DNA of 62,850 nucleotides, filler included, from Octopus bimaculoides (taxonomy: Eukaryota), in NCBI RefSeq assembly GCF_001194135.2. It is 3 parts of 3 records of this genome, joined end to end, with 100 filler letters (N's around TTAATTAATTAA, not from the genome) between each part and the next. Parts side by side here need not be neighbours in the genome. Positions count along the whole stretch, not along the records: positions 24,080 to 41,442 come from NC_068982.1; positions 41,543 to 62,850 come from NC_068985.1; 1 more part is not named here. One strand, written 5' to 3'. Below, piece by piece: positions 36,534 to 47,552 of this stretch. Each line of letters begins with the position of its first letter. The first letter of the stretch is position 1. The translations under genes were made by a program, and so were the position numbers. The notes under the pieces are model-generated. The model was not told the DNA's origin and did not search any database. It saw nothing but the letters and a program-made list of their open reading frames with translations.

Positions 36534-36967
36534 TCCCACCTACGTGTATACATGTATGTGTGTATAAGTGTTTCTGTATGTGCATGTATCTATGTTTACA
36601 TGTTTGTATACACATACATATGTGTGTGTGAGTATATGTGTTTACACATATAAACATATATATTCACTAAAACTTATTAAAACTTCAGAAGATCTTACAA
36701 CTTTGGTTGTTGGAATGCTTTGCTTTCATTTGTTTAATAACAAATAAATAACAAAATCGGATTTAATGTAGAAAATTATTTCAATATACCAAATTTGAAA
36801 ATTTTGACATAATTTTAAAAATCTCACAATATGTGACAGCAACAGGGAAGACCCTACAAAAGTAGAGAGACAGACAGTTATAGGACATCATAGACACACA
36901 TACACACACACATTTACAAATGTACACACAGATAATACAAGTTTAAAATGGTGTGTAATAAACACAC

Positions 36968-37005
<38 letters not shown>

Positions 37006-37336
37006 NNNNNNNNNNNNNNNNNNNNNNNNNNNNNNNNNNNNNNNNNNNNNNNNNNNNNNNNNNNNNNNNNNNNNNNNNNNNNNNNNNNNNNNNNNNNNNN
37101 NNNNNNNNNNNNNNNNNNNNNNNNNNNNNNNNNNNNNNNNNNNNNNNNNNNNNNNNNNNNNNNNNNNNNNNNNNNNNNNNNNNNNNNNNNNNNNNNNNNN
37201 NNNNNNNNNNNNNNNNNNNNNNNNNNNNNNNNNNNNNNNNNNNNNNNNNNNNNNNNNNNNNNNNNNNNNNNNNNNNNNNNNNNNNNNNNNNNNNNNNNNN
37301 NNNNNNNNNNNNNNNNNNNNNNNNNNNNNNNNNNNN

Positions 37337-37521
37337 AACAATAGAGAAGAGTAAAAAACACTTGCCTTTAGTTAATTTAGTACAATTGTTTCACAGTTAA
37401 GAGTACATAATACTCTATTCTGATCTTCAGAAGATCAGAATAGAGTATTATGTACTCTTAACTGTGAAACAATTGTACTAAATTAACTAAAGGCAAGTGT
37501 TTTTTACTCTTCTCTATTGTT
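37337..37521. repeat. Perfect 92-bp inverted repeat with 1-nt spacer
   Basis: 37337-37428 is the exact reverse complement of 37430-37521; begins at a gap edge. Confidence 0.95.
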
Positions 37522-37664
37522 TTTTGTTCTGTGTGTATCAAAAATATCGCTATCAATCTGGAGTAATAATTTGTAGTTTTGAAATCAGTAGTTCTTTGAC
37601 TGCTATTTCTGAATTCTCAGTATGTTGGAGAAGCAGGTTACTGTCAATCCCTATATATTTATGA

Positions 37665-37699
<35 letters not shown>

Positions 37700-38071
37700 A
37701 TGTGTGTGAATGTTTCTTTGTGATGAACAGCAGAAAAGTCACCTACCCACTCTCCCCTTAAAGCTATGTATTCCTCACAGCCGCCTTTCTTCCCCTTCCT
37801 CAGCATTTTAAAATTTAGTTATGAGTATATGTGTGTGTGTGCATGCATCTATGCATTTATGAAAGTATGTATGTAGCATCGCATGTGTATCTGTGAATGA
37901 CAGCTGTATTAACATTATCATCCCACCGCCATTCCATATTTGTCACTCACACAATGCTGTTCTCACCTTCCCTGATATCAGCCACACTCACTATACCACC
38001 ACATCTCCCTCAGACTAACACTCTTGCAAATAATAGCCCAATGCTCTAAGGGGGCCCATTATAGATTTTAA

Positions 38072-39149
38072 ACCCCTTCAGGTAGATGGCCCTGCTCAGT
38101 ATGTAGAAAAGGAGTAGGTAGTAACTCTATAAGATGTACCCGGTGCAAGCTATGGACACATAAGAGGTGCAGCAACATCAAAGGCAGGTTAACTAGGAAG
38201 TTAGTTTTTGTTTGTGGCAGATGTTCAGGTGCAATAAAGACTGTAAACAAACAGGAAACAACTTCTATCTCATTCCAGGGTGAAAAACTAGAGGTAGTCG
38301 ATAGCTTCCGCTATCTGGGCGACCAAGTTAGTAGTGGGGGTGGGTGCGCTGAAAGTGTAGCTGCTAGAATAAGAATAGCCTGGGCAAAGTTTNNNNNNNN
38401 NNNNNNNNNNNNNNNNNNNNNNNNNNNNNNNNNNNNNNNNNNNNNNNNNNNNNNNNNNNNNNNNNNNNNNNNNNNNNNNNNNNNNNNNNNNNNNNNNNNN
38501 NNNNNNNNNNNNNNNNNNNNNNNNNNNNNNNNNNNNNNNNNNNNNNNNNNNNNNNNNNNNNNNNNNNNNNNNNNNNNNNNNNNNNNNNNNNNNNNNNNNN
38601 NNNNNNNNNNNNNNNNNNNNNNNNNNNNNNNNNNNNNNNNNNNNNNNNNNNNNNNNNNNNNNNNNNNNNNNNNNNNNNNNNNNNNNNNNNNNNNNNNNNN
38701 NNNNNNNNNNNNNNNNNNNNNNNNNNNNNNNNNNNNNNNNNNNNNNAAGAGGTAGGCCCAGGAAGACCTGGGCTGAGGTGGTGAGGCAAGACCTTCGTAC
38801 ATTGGGCCTCACCGAGGCGATGACTACTGACCGAGACCTTTGGAAATGTGCTGTGCGTGAGAAGACCCGGCAAGCCAAGTAAGATCGTTGCCAGTGCCCG
38901 TGGACTGGCTCTTGTGCGGGTGGCACATAAGATGCACCATTTTGAGCATGGCCGTTGCCAGTACCGCCTGACTGGCCTCCATAGGATTTTTGAGCGAGAT
39001 CGTTGCCAGTGCCCCTGGACTGGCTTGTGCGGGTGGCACATAAAAGACACCATTTCGTTAAACGATTGGAGCCTGGTGTTGCCATCCGGTTTCAGCAGTC
39101 CTCAGTCAAGTCGTCCAACCCATGCTAGCATGGAAAGCGGACGTTAAAC

Positions 39150-39180
<31 letters not shown>
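38072..39180 (+). mobile_element. 5'-truncated RTE LINE: PHD-like finger, RT end, C-terminus, 3' UTR, (GAT)n tail
   Basis: Open frame PSGRWPCSVCRKGVGSNSIRCTRCKLWTHKRC...CGRC...EKLEVVDSFRYLGDQVSSGGGCAESVAARIRIAWAKF, a gap, then RGRPRKTWAEVVRQDL...DRDLWKCAVREKTRQAK* (stop 38880-82). Tail GGAAAGCGGACGTTAAAC(GAT)n. Confidence 0.92.
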
Positions 39181-39182
<2 letters not shown>

Positions 39183-39348
39183 CCAATTATCCTATAACTG
39201 AACTGGATGTTAGTTTAACACGTATGCAAAGTTTCATCAAGATTGGTTCACTGGTGTAGGCAGCAATATGGTAACAGACAGATCAACAAACAGAAATTGC
39301 CATTTATGTATAAGATATATATAAATTATATATATAAATATGATATAT

Positions 39349-39413
<65 letters not shown>

Positions 39414-39589
39414 CATCATTGTTTAACGTCTGCCTTTCATGCTAGCATGGGTGGGACAGTTTCACAAGAGTCAGCTAACACCAACCACTCATATATATAT
39501 AAAATTCACACAAGTGATCAACCAGACTATCAGATCACTGGTCACAATGCGTTTTTCATTAAAAATCTTCTGAATGATGCCACCCCTGG

Positions 39590-39680
39590 AGCAATGTGAA
39601 ATGAAGTGTTTTGGTAAAGAACACAAAGTCCCACCTGGTCTAGGAAATGAACCTATGATCTGGTGATCGCAAGTGCAAAG
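39590..39680 (-). mobile_element. SINE family D fragment
   Basis: GAGCAATGTGAAATGAAGTGTTTTGGTAAAGAACACAA. Confidence 0.55.
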
Positions 39681-39719
39681 GCTGCTTCTCCTGGCGAAGA
39701 GCACTGATCTGCAAGCAGC

Positions 39720-39943
39720 CTGTGCTGGTGCCACACAAAAAGCACTCATACTGGTGCCACATCAGAGTGCTTGTACAGTGCTACGTTAAAAGCACCTAGC
39801 ACACACTGTAAAATGATTGGCATTAGGAAGGGCATCCAGCTATAGAAACCAAGCTAAATCAGACTGGAATCTAGTGCAGTACTCTGGCTTGCCAGTTCTG
39901 GTCATGCCGTCCAACCCATGCCAGCATAGAAAACAGACATTAA

Positions 39944-39975
<32 letters not shown>
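39720..39975 (+). mobile_element. RTE-tailed non-autonomous element
   Basis: GTGCCACACAAAAAGCAC repeats, GGCATTAGGAAGGGCATCCAGC, CCAACCCATGCCAGCAT, (GAT)n tail. Confidence 0.8.
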
Positions 39976-40267
39976 ATACATACATATGTGTGTGTGTGTA
40001 TCTTCTCTTGACATCATACATTAATTGTGAATAAACATCACAGTCATACAAGCAGTGTCATTCGTTTACAGTCTTTGAAAATATATTTGGCTGTTGCACT
40101 ATTTATGTTCAAAAGTTTACAGGAAATATTACCTAGCATGCAAACAAGTGAAGATTAGCAACAAGAAAGAAAGGTCATAAAAAACCTGCATCAATAAATT
40201 TTGTATGACCCATGCAAGCATGGAAAAGTGGGTATTAAAAGGAAGTTGATGAAATGAGTCGCCAGCA

Positions 40268-40584
40268 TGGCACCTTGGGCAAGAACCTTCTAATATAGCC
40301 TCGGGTCAACCAAAGAGTGGATTTGGTAGATGGAAACTGAAAGAAGCCCGTCGTGTATATATTTATGTATATGTTTGTGTGTCTATGTTTGTCCCTCCAC
40401 CATCGCTTGACAACTGATGTTGGTGGGTTTATGTCCCTGTAACTTAGCAGTTCGGCAAAAGAGACTGATAGGATAAGTACTAGACTTACAAAGAATAAGT
40501 TCTGGGGTCAATTTAGTCGACTAATGGCAGTGCTCCAGCATGGCCGCAGCCAAATGACTGAAATGAGTTAAAGAATAAAAGAAT
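40268..40584 (+). mobile_element. SINE family A lacking the head start
   Basis: GGCACCTTGGGCAAG through GTGCTCCAGCATGGCCGCAG..GACTGAAA. Confidence 0.88.
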
Positions 40585-40604
40585 ATATATATACATATAC
40601 ATAT

Positions 40605-40800
40605 TATCATTCAATATCTGCTTTCCATGTTAGCATGGATTGGATGCTTTGACAGAAACTGGTAAGGCCAGGGGCCACAGTTGATTGAAGGGAAAGTTTT
40701 ACGGCAGGTATTTCCTTTAGAATGCAAAACACTGCAACAGATTCTGCAAAGTATCCCATCAAATGCTCTAACAATTCCACCAACCCAACATTTTGGACTA
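40605..40800 (-). mobile_element. RTE-tailed element, decayed
   Basis: ATCATTCAATATCTGCTTTCCATGTTAGCATGGATTGGA. Confidence 0.55.
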
Positions 40801-41052
40801 ATACTTTATCAGCCCAAAAGAGTAGCAAAAATAAATAAAATAACCTTAGTGGAATTTGAACTCAGAACACATAGATAAATAATTTGTGCGTGTGTGTGTA
40901 TACATATGTACATAGACAATAAATATCACATGATTTTATTTGCATGTAACTATAATGCAATACACCTGAGCAAGATACATGACTTTCTTTGCATTACAAA
41001 AACAAAAACAAAAAATGCTGTTCTCCACAGCTAATTTGAAATTTGCCACAAC

Positions 41053-41083
<31 letters not shown>

Positions 41084-41204
41084 TATGTGTGTGTATTGAC
41101 TCATATACATGGTGTTAACGAACAATAGACTAAGTATAGGCTCAATCCAAAATAAGGTAACAAAAGGAAGAAGAATAAAAAAAAATTCATAAATATTTAA
41201 CATA

Positions 41205-41442
41205 ATCATCATCATCATCATCATCATCGTTTAACGTCCGCTTTCCATGCTAGCATGGGTTGGACGATTTGACTGAGGACTGGTGAAACCGGATGGCAAC
41301 ACCAGGCTCCAGTCTGATTTGGCAGAGTTTCTACAGCTGGATGCCCTTCCTAACGCCAACCACTCAGAGAGTGTAGTGGGTGCTTTTACGTGTCACCCGC
41401 ACGAAAACGGCCACGCTCGAAATGGTGTCTTTTATGTGCCAC
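41205..41442 (-). mobile_element. Young RTE 3' UTR copy, cut by a gap
   Basis: Near-identical reverse complement of 39065-39160, plus an AGGAAGGGCATCCAGC segment. Confidence 0.9.
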
Positions 41443-41542
41443 NNNNNNNNNNNNNNNNNNNNNNNNNNNNNNNNNNNNNNNNNNNNTTAATTAATTAANN
41501 NNNNNNNNNNNNNNNNNNNNNNNNNNNNNNNNNNNNNNNNNN
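41443..41542. other. Artificial scaffolding spacer N44-TTAATTAATTAA-N44
   Basis: Same structure as 23980-24079. Confidence 0.9.
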
Positions 41543-42115
41543 AGTAGTAGTCATCTGTCGGTGTCGAGAGGCCATAGATCTGCACCTGAAGAAATTGTGT
41601 CAGCTGCTGTTAGTGCTGCAGCAACTGCAATTGAAGTAACTTTCTGCCGGTGCTACTGGATTTTCATTCCGTCGACTGCTCTTTACTTTGGTGACGTATT
41701 CTTGTTTCTCTTATCCTCTCTTCATCCATTTTCGCAGCATTTGACACCAGCGTGGTCTGTCATTTGCGACCTCCCCCCATCCCTGGCTGTCCACGTCAAG
41801 CGACTACATATGTCTCTTGCAGACCTACTTGAAACGCTGATGAGTTCGGCCTCGTGCTCTTATGTCGTTGGCCAATTCCCCATACAATTCCTTTCGTCCG
41901 GATCGAGCCAGCACAGATGACGCCGCTGGTGAAGGTTGGGTATAATGGGTATCTTGGTGCAGTTGAGAATTTTAGTGTTGGTTATGTGTTTGGCCCATTT
42001 TATATCAAAGATGCACCTCAAATTACGGAGGAAGATGCTGAGACGCCGCTCTTGTCTGGAGTAGAAGCTCTATCATGCCTCACTGCCGTAAAGTAGCGTA
42101 TTGAGGACGCACGCC
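41543..42115 (-). pseudogene. RTE (BovB-like) LINE 3' end
   Basis: KACVLNTLLYGSEA*..QERRLSIF..RCIFDIKW..ELYGELA..RARGR..VCKRHM..WGEVANDRPRW, followed by a (CTA)n tail at the gap edge. Confidence 0.85.
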
Positions 42116-43344
42116 TTATAAACAACAATCTAAGTTTGTGTGTGTGTGTTGGTATGTGTGTGTGTGTGTATGTTTGTGTATGTGTGTGTTTCTGTGTGTG
42201 TGCGTCCGTGTGTGCGCATTTGTCTTATGTATGTATACTTGCTTATTAGCGCTTGTGTGGAAATCCAGATTATACTTCATTTCTAATCTTTGCAAACATT
42301 GAATATGAGGGAATCATACTGTCGTGTGTAGTGGTTCTCATATAATTGATTGCGTCAGTAAATACGCCCACACACACCATGTTAATTTCTGTTAATATGT
42401 ATTTATTCTGTGAATGCGCGAATGACTGTACAATCTCTGCATTAGGTGCCATTTTCTGTCTGCTCGAATTTGATATGTAGGATATCATTCAACCCGGAGT
42501 GCAATAGATTGTACTGGGTTAATGAAAAATTATCACAGCATCAAAATTAAACTTATTAATAGTATAATATTTCGTTTGTCTTCGCCAATCTTCCAAGTGA
42601 CTGCAGAAATCTCGGGTGTTTAAGTCGAGATGCAACACGTAAAGTGATCGTTAATCATTTAAGGATAAATAAATCAAATGAATATATAGATAAAAAGAAT
42701 TCGAGATGGTTTAGAATATTCATTGACGATAAAACTATTGGAAAACAACAGATACATTGATTTGAAACAAGTATTGTAAATAATTCTTTTCTACGCTTGC
42801 AGTTTCAATTGGAACTATGAATAGTTAAAGAGAACGTTTGTGTGTTCAATAGGCTCTTTTATTAAATTTCCATCCAATCTAACAGAGACTGGAAAAAAAT
42901 AATGAGAACATTAGTACACATACAACCTGTCAATTGAATGTTGATCGGTTAATTAGAACTGACACTCAAATGCTAGAATATACAGGTACTGCAAAAATAA
43001 CTCCTCGATTTTACCAGTTAGAAATGTAATAAAAAAAATAGAACCAAATTGTTGCTTTACTGAATTTTGTCAAGTATTTTTTGCTGTGATATTCTTCAAA
43101 CAGAGTTGCAAATAATGTTCGAGACAATTTCAAGTACTCGTTTACGTTGAAGTTTTGAACAACAAAACTGAAAACGTTTGGTAGCTATTACAACATAAGT
43201 ACTTGATCTTAATAACAGTTTAATGAATATTTATATTAGGATCTTTCTCTCCCCCTTTCTCTCTCTCCCTTTCTTTCTCTCTCCGTTTCTTTCGCTCCCT
43301 TTCTTTCTCTCTCTTTCTCTCTCTCATTTCTTTCTCACTCTCTG

Positions 43345-43384
<40 letters not shown>

Positions 43385-43792
43385 TATACATACATATATA
43401 TATATCTGACTATTTCACACTATTCATTGGCATTCAATTGAAAATCACTATTCATGGTAAACGACATTAAAATTTTAGGAAGATTTACTCTCAAGAGGAT
43501 GTAGAAGACAATATACACAAAGTATTTGGTGAAATTGACAGTATTCTGTAGACATAAGGATGAAGATGAATGAGAATGCCACATACTTTAATTATTAAAA
43601 TTTTGTTGTATGTGGATTTAGCAGGTATCAGATTTGAAGTCAAGATATTTCCTGTCTGAGAATGAATGACAAAGAAAGGATGTTGGTTGAAGGAGATAGA
43701 GAAAGAGAAGGAAAGGGAAATAGAAAAGTTGCATTAATTATAATGGTTTTGAGTGTTATGACAAAGCCAGCAAGTTCGAGGGAGCTGGTAAG

Positions 43793-43960
43793 TGGATTAC
43801 ATCGACCCCAATGCTCAACTGGTACTTATTTTATCGACGCCGAAGGGGATAACAGGTGAAGTCGACCGCAGTGGAATTTGAACTCAGAACGTGAAGACGG
43901 GCGAACTGCTAGAATGCATGTCGCCTGGCGTGCTAACGGTTTCGCAAGCTAGCAACCTTT
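43793..43960 (-). mobile_element. SINE family B
   Basis: GATTACATCGACCCC..CTGGTACTTATTTTATCGAC..GGAATTTGAACTCAGAACG..GTGCTAACG. Confidence 0.8.
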
Positions 43961-44159
43961 GGTGCGTTCGTTATGTTACCTGATACTGAACTTCTACAAA
44001 ATAATTAACGGTGTGTCGATTCTAAATAAACTTACTATACGAGCTCATTTCATTTTAGCATCATTCGGTTACTAAATAAATGAGAAGAAAAAAAAAAAAG
44101 ACAAATGTGTTTTTCTTCAAATTATAACACGAATTTGCCTTAAATTTCTAAATGCATAG

Positions 44160-44415
44160 TTCCGCTTCTTGGCACCTACTATAGCCTCAAGCCGGTCAAA
44201 AGCTTGTGAATATATTTGGTATCACAAACTGAAAGAAGCCCGTCAACCGGTGTTGGTGTGTTTACGTCCACGTATCTTAACGGTTCAGCAAAAGAGACCG
44301 ATAGAGTAAGTACCAAGCTTAAAAATAAATAGTGGTGCCGAATCCTTCGACTAACATTATTCGAGGCGTTGCTCCTGTATGGCCGCAGTCTAATGACTAA
44401 AAGAACTAAAACAAT
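44160..44415 (+). mobile_element. SINE family A with the microsatellite linker deleted
   Basis: AACTGAAAGAAGCCCGTC is joined directly to AACCGGTGTTGGTGTGTTTACGTCC. Confidence 0.75.
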
Positions 44416-44517
44416 AGAAGTAAAATACGATACATAAATTCTGTTATAACATCTCTTACATTGGTATGAAATCGGTACAAAACATATTTTGCGCTCATCA
44501 TAAATGTGTCTTTCAAA

Positions 44518-45569
44518 TGTTGGGTCATCCCATATATAATACGTTTTTTTTATACACACAAACATATTTGGCAAATCAAATTTACATGTTGAAGTAAATC
44601 TAACGGTTTTTGTGTGTTTTTGTTTTACATGGCTTGTAAATATCTTTCACGCTGCAATTGTTTTTGTTTCAGCACACGATCTCAGATCAGATCACTTGCT
44701 ATGCAAGTACATCTCTGTAAAGGTAGACAGAATTATTTTTTAATCTAAAATATACTCTCCATCATTTTCTACAATGCTCTTCCATCTATCTAGTAGACTT
44801 GCAAAGCCCCTCTCCCAAAATTCACTTGTCCGTGACGAAAAATACTTCTCCAGTTCTGTTCTCACCTCATCTACAGAATTCATATTTTTTCCGTTCAAAT
44901 GATTTTGTAGACAGCGGAATAAATGATAATCAGATGGGGCTATGTCCGGCGAATATGTTGGGTCGAGTATCGTTTCCCATTCAAACTTCTCCAGCTTTTG
45001 AAATGTCATCGTCGCTGTATGTGGCCAAGGATTTTCCTGATAGAAGAACACCTTTCGTCTTGAAACCAAAGAAGGTCGTCTTTCGATGGCACGCCGGTGT
45101 CGATGAGTGATTGAATGACCAAATCCAAGCTACTCTGCTAATTCTTCAACATACATGATCAGATTTTATTTCATCATGGTGTACAGAACGTTCTCGTCGA
45201 CTTCTACAGATCTTCCAGAACGAGGCTCATTTTTTAGGCTATAGCTTCTGGCTCGGAATCTCCGGAGCCACAGTAGTCACTGGCTTTCGCTGATTGTCCG
45301 ATCTCCATTAATATTCATTACACTTGATGCCATTATTGAACTCATAAAGCAAAATATGTCAAATATGCGCATTTGTTACTTCCATTACAGCATAAAAAAA
45401 TAACTGTTAAAATCGAACTGCACTCTTCAAAACTTGCGTGAAGGTTAAGAACAAGTTCAAATTCCTACCTGTTTTTATGGTAATTTGATGCAGGCAGTTT
45501 ATCCCGTTCCCTTCCGACTATTAGTTCATGCAAGTGAAAAAACCGCATTACTTTTGGGATGACCTAATA
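44518..45569 (-). mobile_element. mariner element with both TIRs and an internally deleted, dead transposase
   Basis: TIRs TGTTGGGTCATCCCATATATAATACGTTTTTT and the reverse complement TATTAGGTCATCCCAAAAGTAATGCGGTTTTTT. N-terminus MEVTNAHI*HILLYEF (ATG at 45385). C-terminal ORF 44740-45069 has YSPDIAPSDYHLF and ends ENDGEYILD*. Confidence 0.92.
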
Positions 45570-45944
45570 CATTTAAATATTCAAACGTCCTTTATAAATA
45601 TTTTTACAAATAATCCAGTCTACTACACAAACATTACAAGGAATGTTAACAAAAAGGGCAAGGTCATCGCTAATGTACACACTGAATTTGTTATCTTCAT
45701 TCTCAACGCCCGTAAGTCGGCACAGAATATTTTTCAATACAGAAATCTTCTACAACGCATCAACTAAACTATGCCTCTGCCCCCAAAATAATTAAAACTG
45801 ACTTAAAACCCATTAAAAAAAAAGCGCTAGCTAGCGTGCAGGCAGTGAAGCTAAGAAAACTATGTAATACATAGCAGTGATATTTCCAGAACCAGAAATT
45901 TACAACAGAATATTACACCTTCCGTTCTATCGACTCCTTATTCA

Positions 45945-46112
45945 GTATCTTTTACTTTTTATAGGTTTAAGTCAGTAATCTGCGGCCAAATCGCTCGACT
46001 AATATTTAGTCGAGCGAATCCATTTCAGTACATACTTTTCTTTGTAAGCGTGATACTTATTCTGTCAGGTCTTTTGCCGAACCGCTAGCCCACAGGGACG
46101 TAAACACAACAA
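45945..46112 (-). mobile_element. SINE family A tail
   Basis: CTTTTGCCGAACCGCTAG..GGGACGTAAACACA. Confidence 0.65.
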
Positions 46113-46448
46113 CAATTGCTGCTACTGCTACTAATCCGTCACATCTACCAACAGCTGGTGAGCTGTGTGCACCAACAGTTGGAGTGTTGCTCACACTAAC
46201 AGTTGGAGAGTGACTGCTAGTGCTCCTAACCTAACACCGACGAAAGGTAACGAAATCGGTGTAAATGGACATTTCCAAGACTGCTTCCTTCTTAGGATGA
46301 GCCTTTGCACGTAAAATATAAAGATTTTTGTAAAACCTTCTACATTGTTAAAAGCTTTCTTATTTTCCTATGTTTTGGGACATACGATAGTTTAGCATAA
46401 TAGTAACGATATATATATATATATATAAATATATGAGAGAGAGAGAAG

Positions 46449-46923
46449 GTTTGAAAATGCAATTTTAAAGATGTTTATTCATTCACTTGACCGGTTTCAC
46501 TATTTTAGAAAAAAATTGTAAAAAGTAAAATTTAAAGCTCTGTACAAGCTTTGTTATGTTAAGTACTGGTTGTTACAAAAGTATTAAAATACAGCTATAC
46601 GTTCTTTGATAATGATAAGAAAATGTTAAACACAGTTTAAGTATTCAATACCAAACACTTTTCGTTGAATACTCTCTTTTAAACTGTTTTAAATATCGTA
46701 TTATTCATCAAAGTATATATATGTATTTTGATACTTAAAATGTTTTTAACGTTTTCCTATTATTATCAAAGAATATATATATATATGTATTTTAATACTT
46801 TTGTGATTACCAGTACATAACTCTACAAAGCTTATACAAAGCTTTACATTCTACTTTTGATAATCTTTTTCTAAAAGTGAAACCGGTCAAGTGAATAAAC
46901 ATCTTTAAACTGCATTTTCAAAC
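46449..46923. mobile_element. Long foldback (MITE-like) element
   Basis: About 200-bp imperfect inverted arms: GTTTGAAAATGCAATTTTAAAGATGTTTATTCATTCACTTGACCGGTTTCAC versus GTGAAACCGGTCAAGTGAATAAACATCTTTAAACTGCATTTTCAAAC. TA runs on both sides. Confidence 0.8.
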
Positions 46924-47156
46924 GTTCTTTCATATATATTTCCATGAAAGTAGACAAGCTCGATAAAGTTATTGCATGTGGGTTTTTTTGTGTTTGTTTT
47001 TTTTTTTTTGATGATCTTCGTTTAATGAAAATCCGTTGGTCATTATGTTTGGCGGGACGGCCATTTCGGAAAACTCATGTTTTATTTAAATATTATGAAA
47101 TAATGTTCTTGTTCGATATTTTAAAATTATTTCCATACTCGTCACTTAATATTCAC

Positions 47157-47552
47157 CTGCGTAGCTGTGTGTTAAGAAGCTAGCTTCTGAAGCACATGAT
47201 ACCGCGTTCAATCCCACCTTCGCCACGTATCTGCTACATTAACCTCGGGCAGATTAAAGCTCTGTAGGTGGATTTGGTAGACGGAAACTGAAAAAAATGT
47301 CATATATATAGATGCATGTGTGTGTGTGCGTGAGTGTGTATTTATATGTATCTTTGTGTGTGTTTTGTACCCTACTACTCCTGATAACCGGTTTGGTGTG
47401 TTTATGTCACGGAAACTTAGCGTCTCGGCATAAGTAATCGATAGAATAATCACCACGCTTTAAACTATATATAAATATCTAATAGAGTTAAGATTCGTTC
47501 GACTAAAAATCTTCAAGGTGGTGCCCAGCATGACTGAAACATGTAAAAGACA
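47157..47552 (+). mobile_element. SINE family A, diverged full length
   Basis: Head, GGATTTGGTAGACGGAAACTGAAA, TA/TG linker and tail are all recognisable. Confidence 0.75.

Noticed and set aside
41273-41290. CTGAGGA-CTGGT-GAAA in the RTE tail antisense
   Set aside because: Five nucleotides cannot form stem II; probably coincidental.
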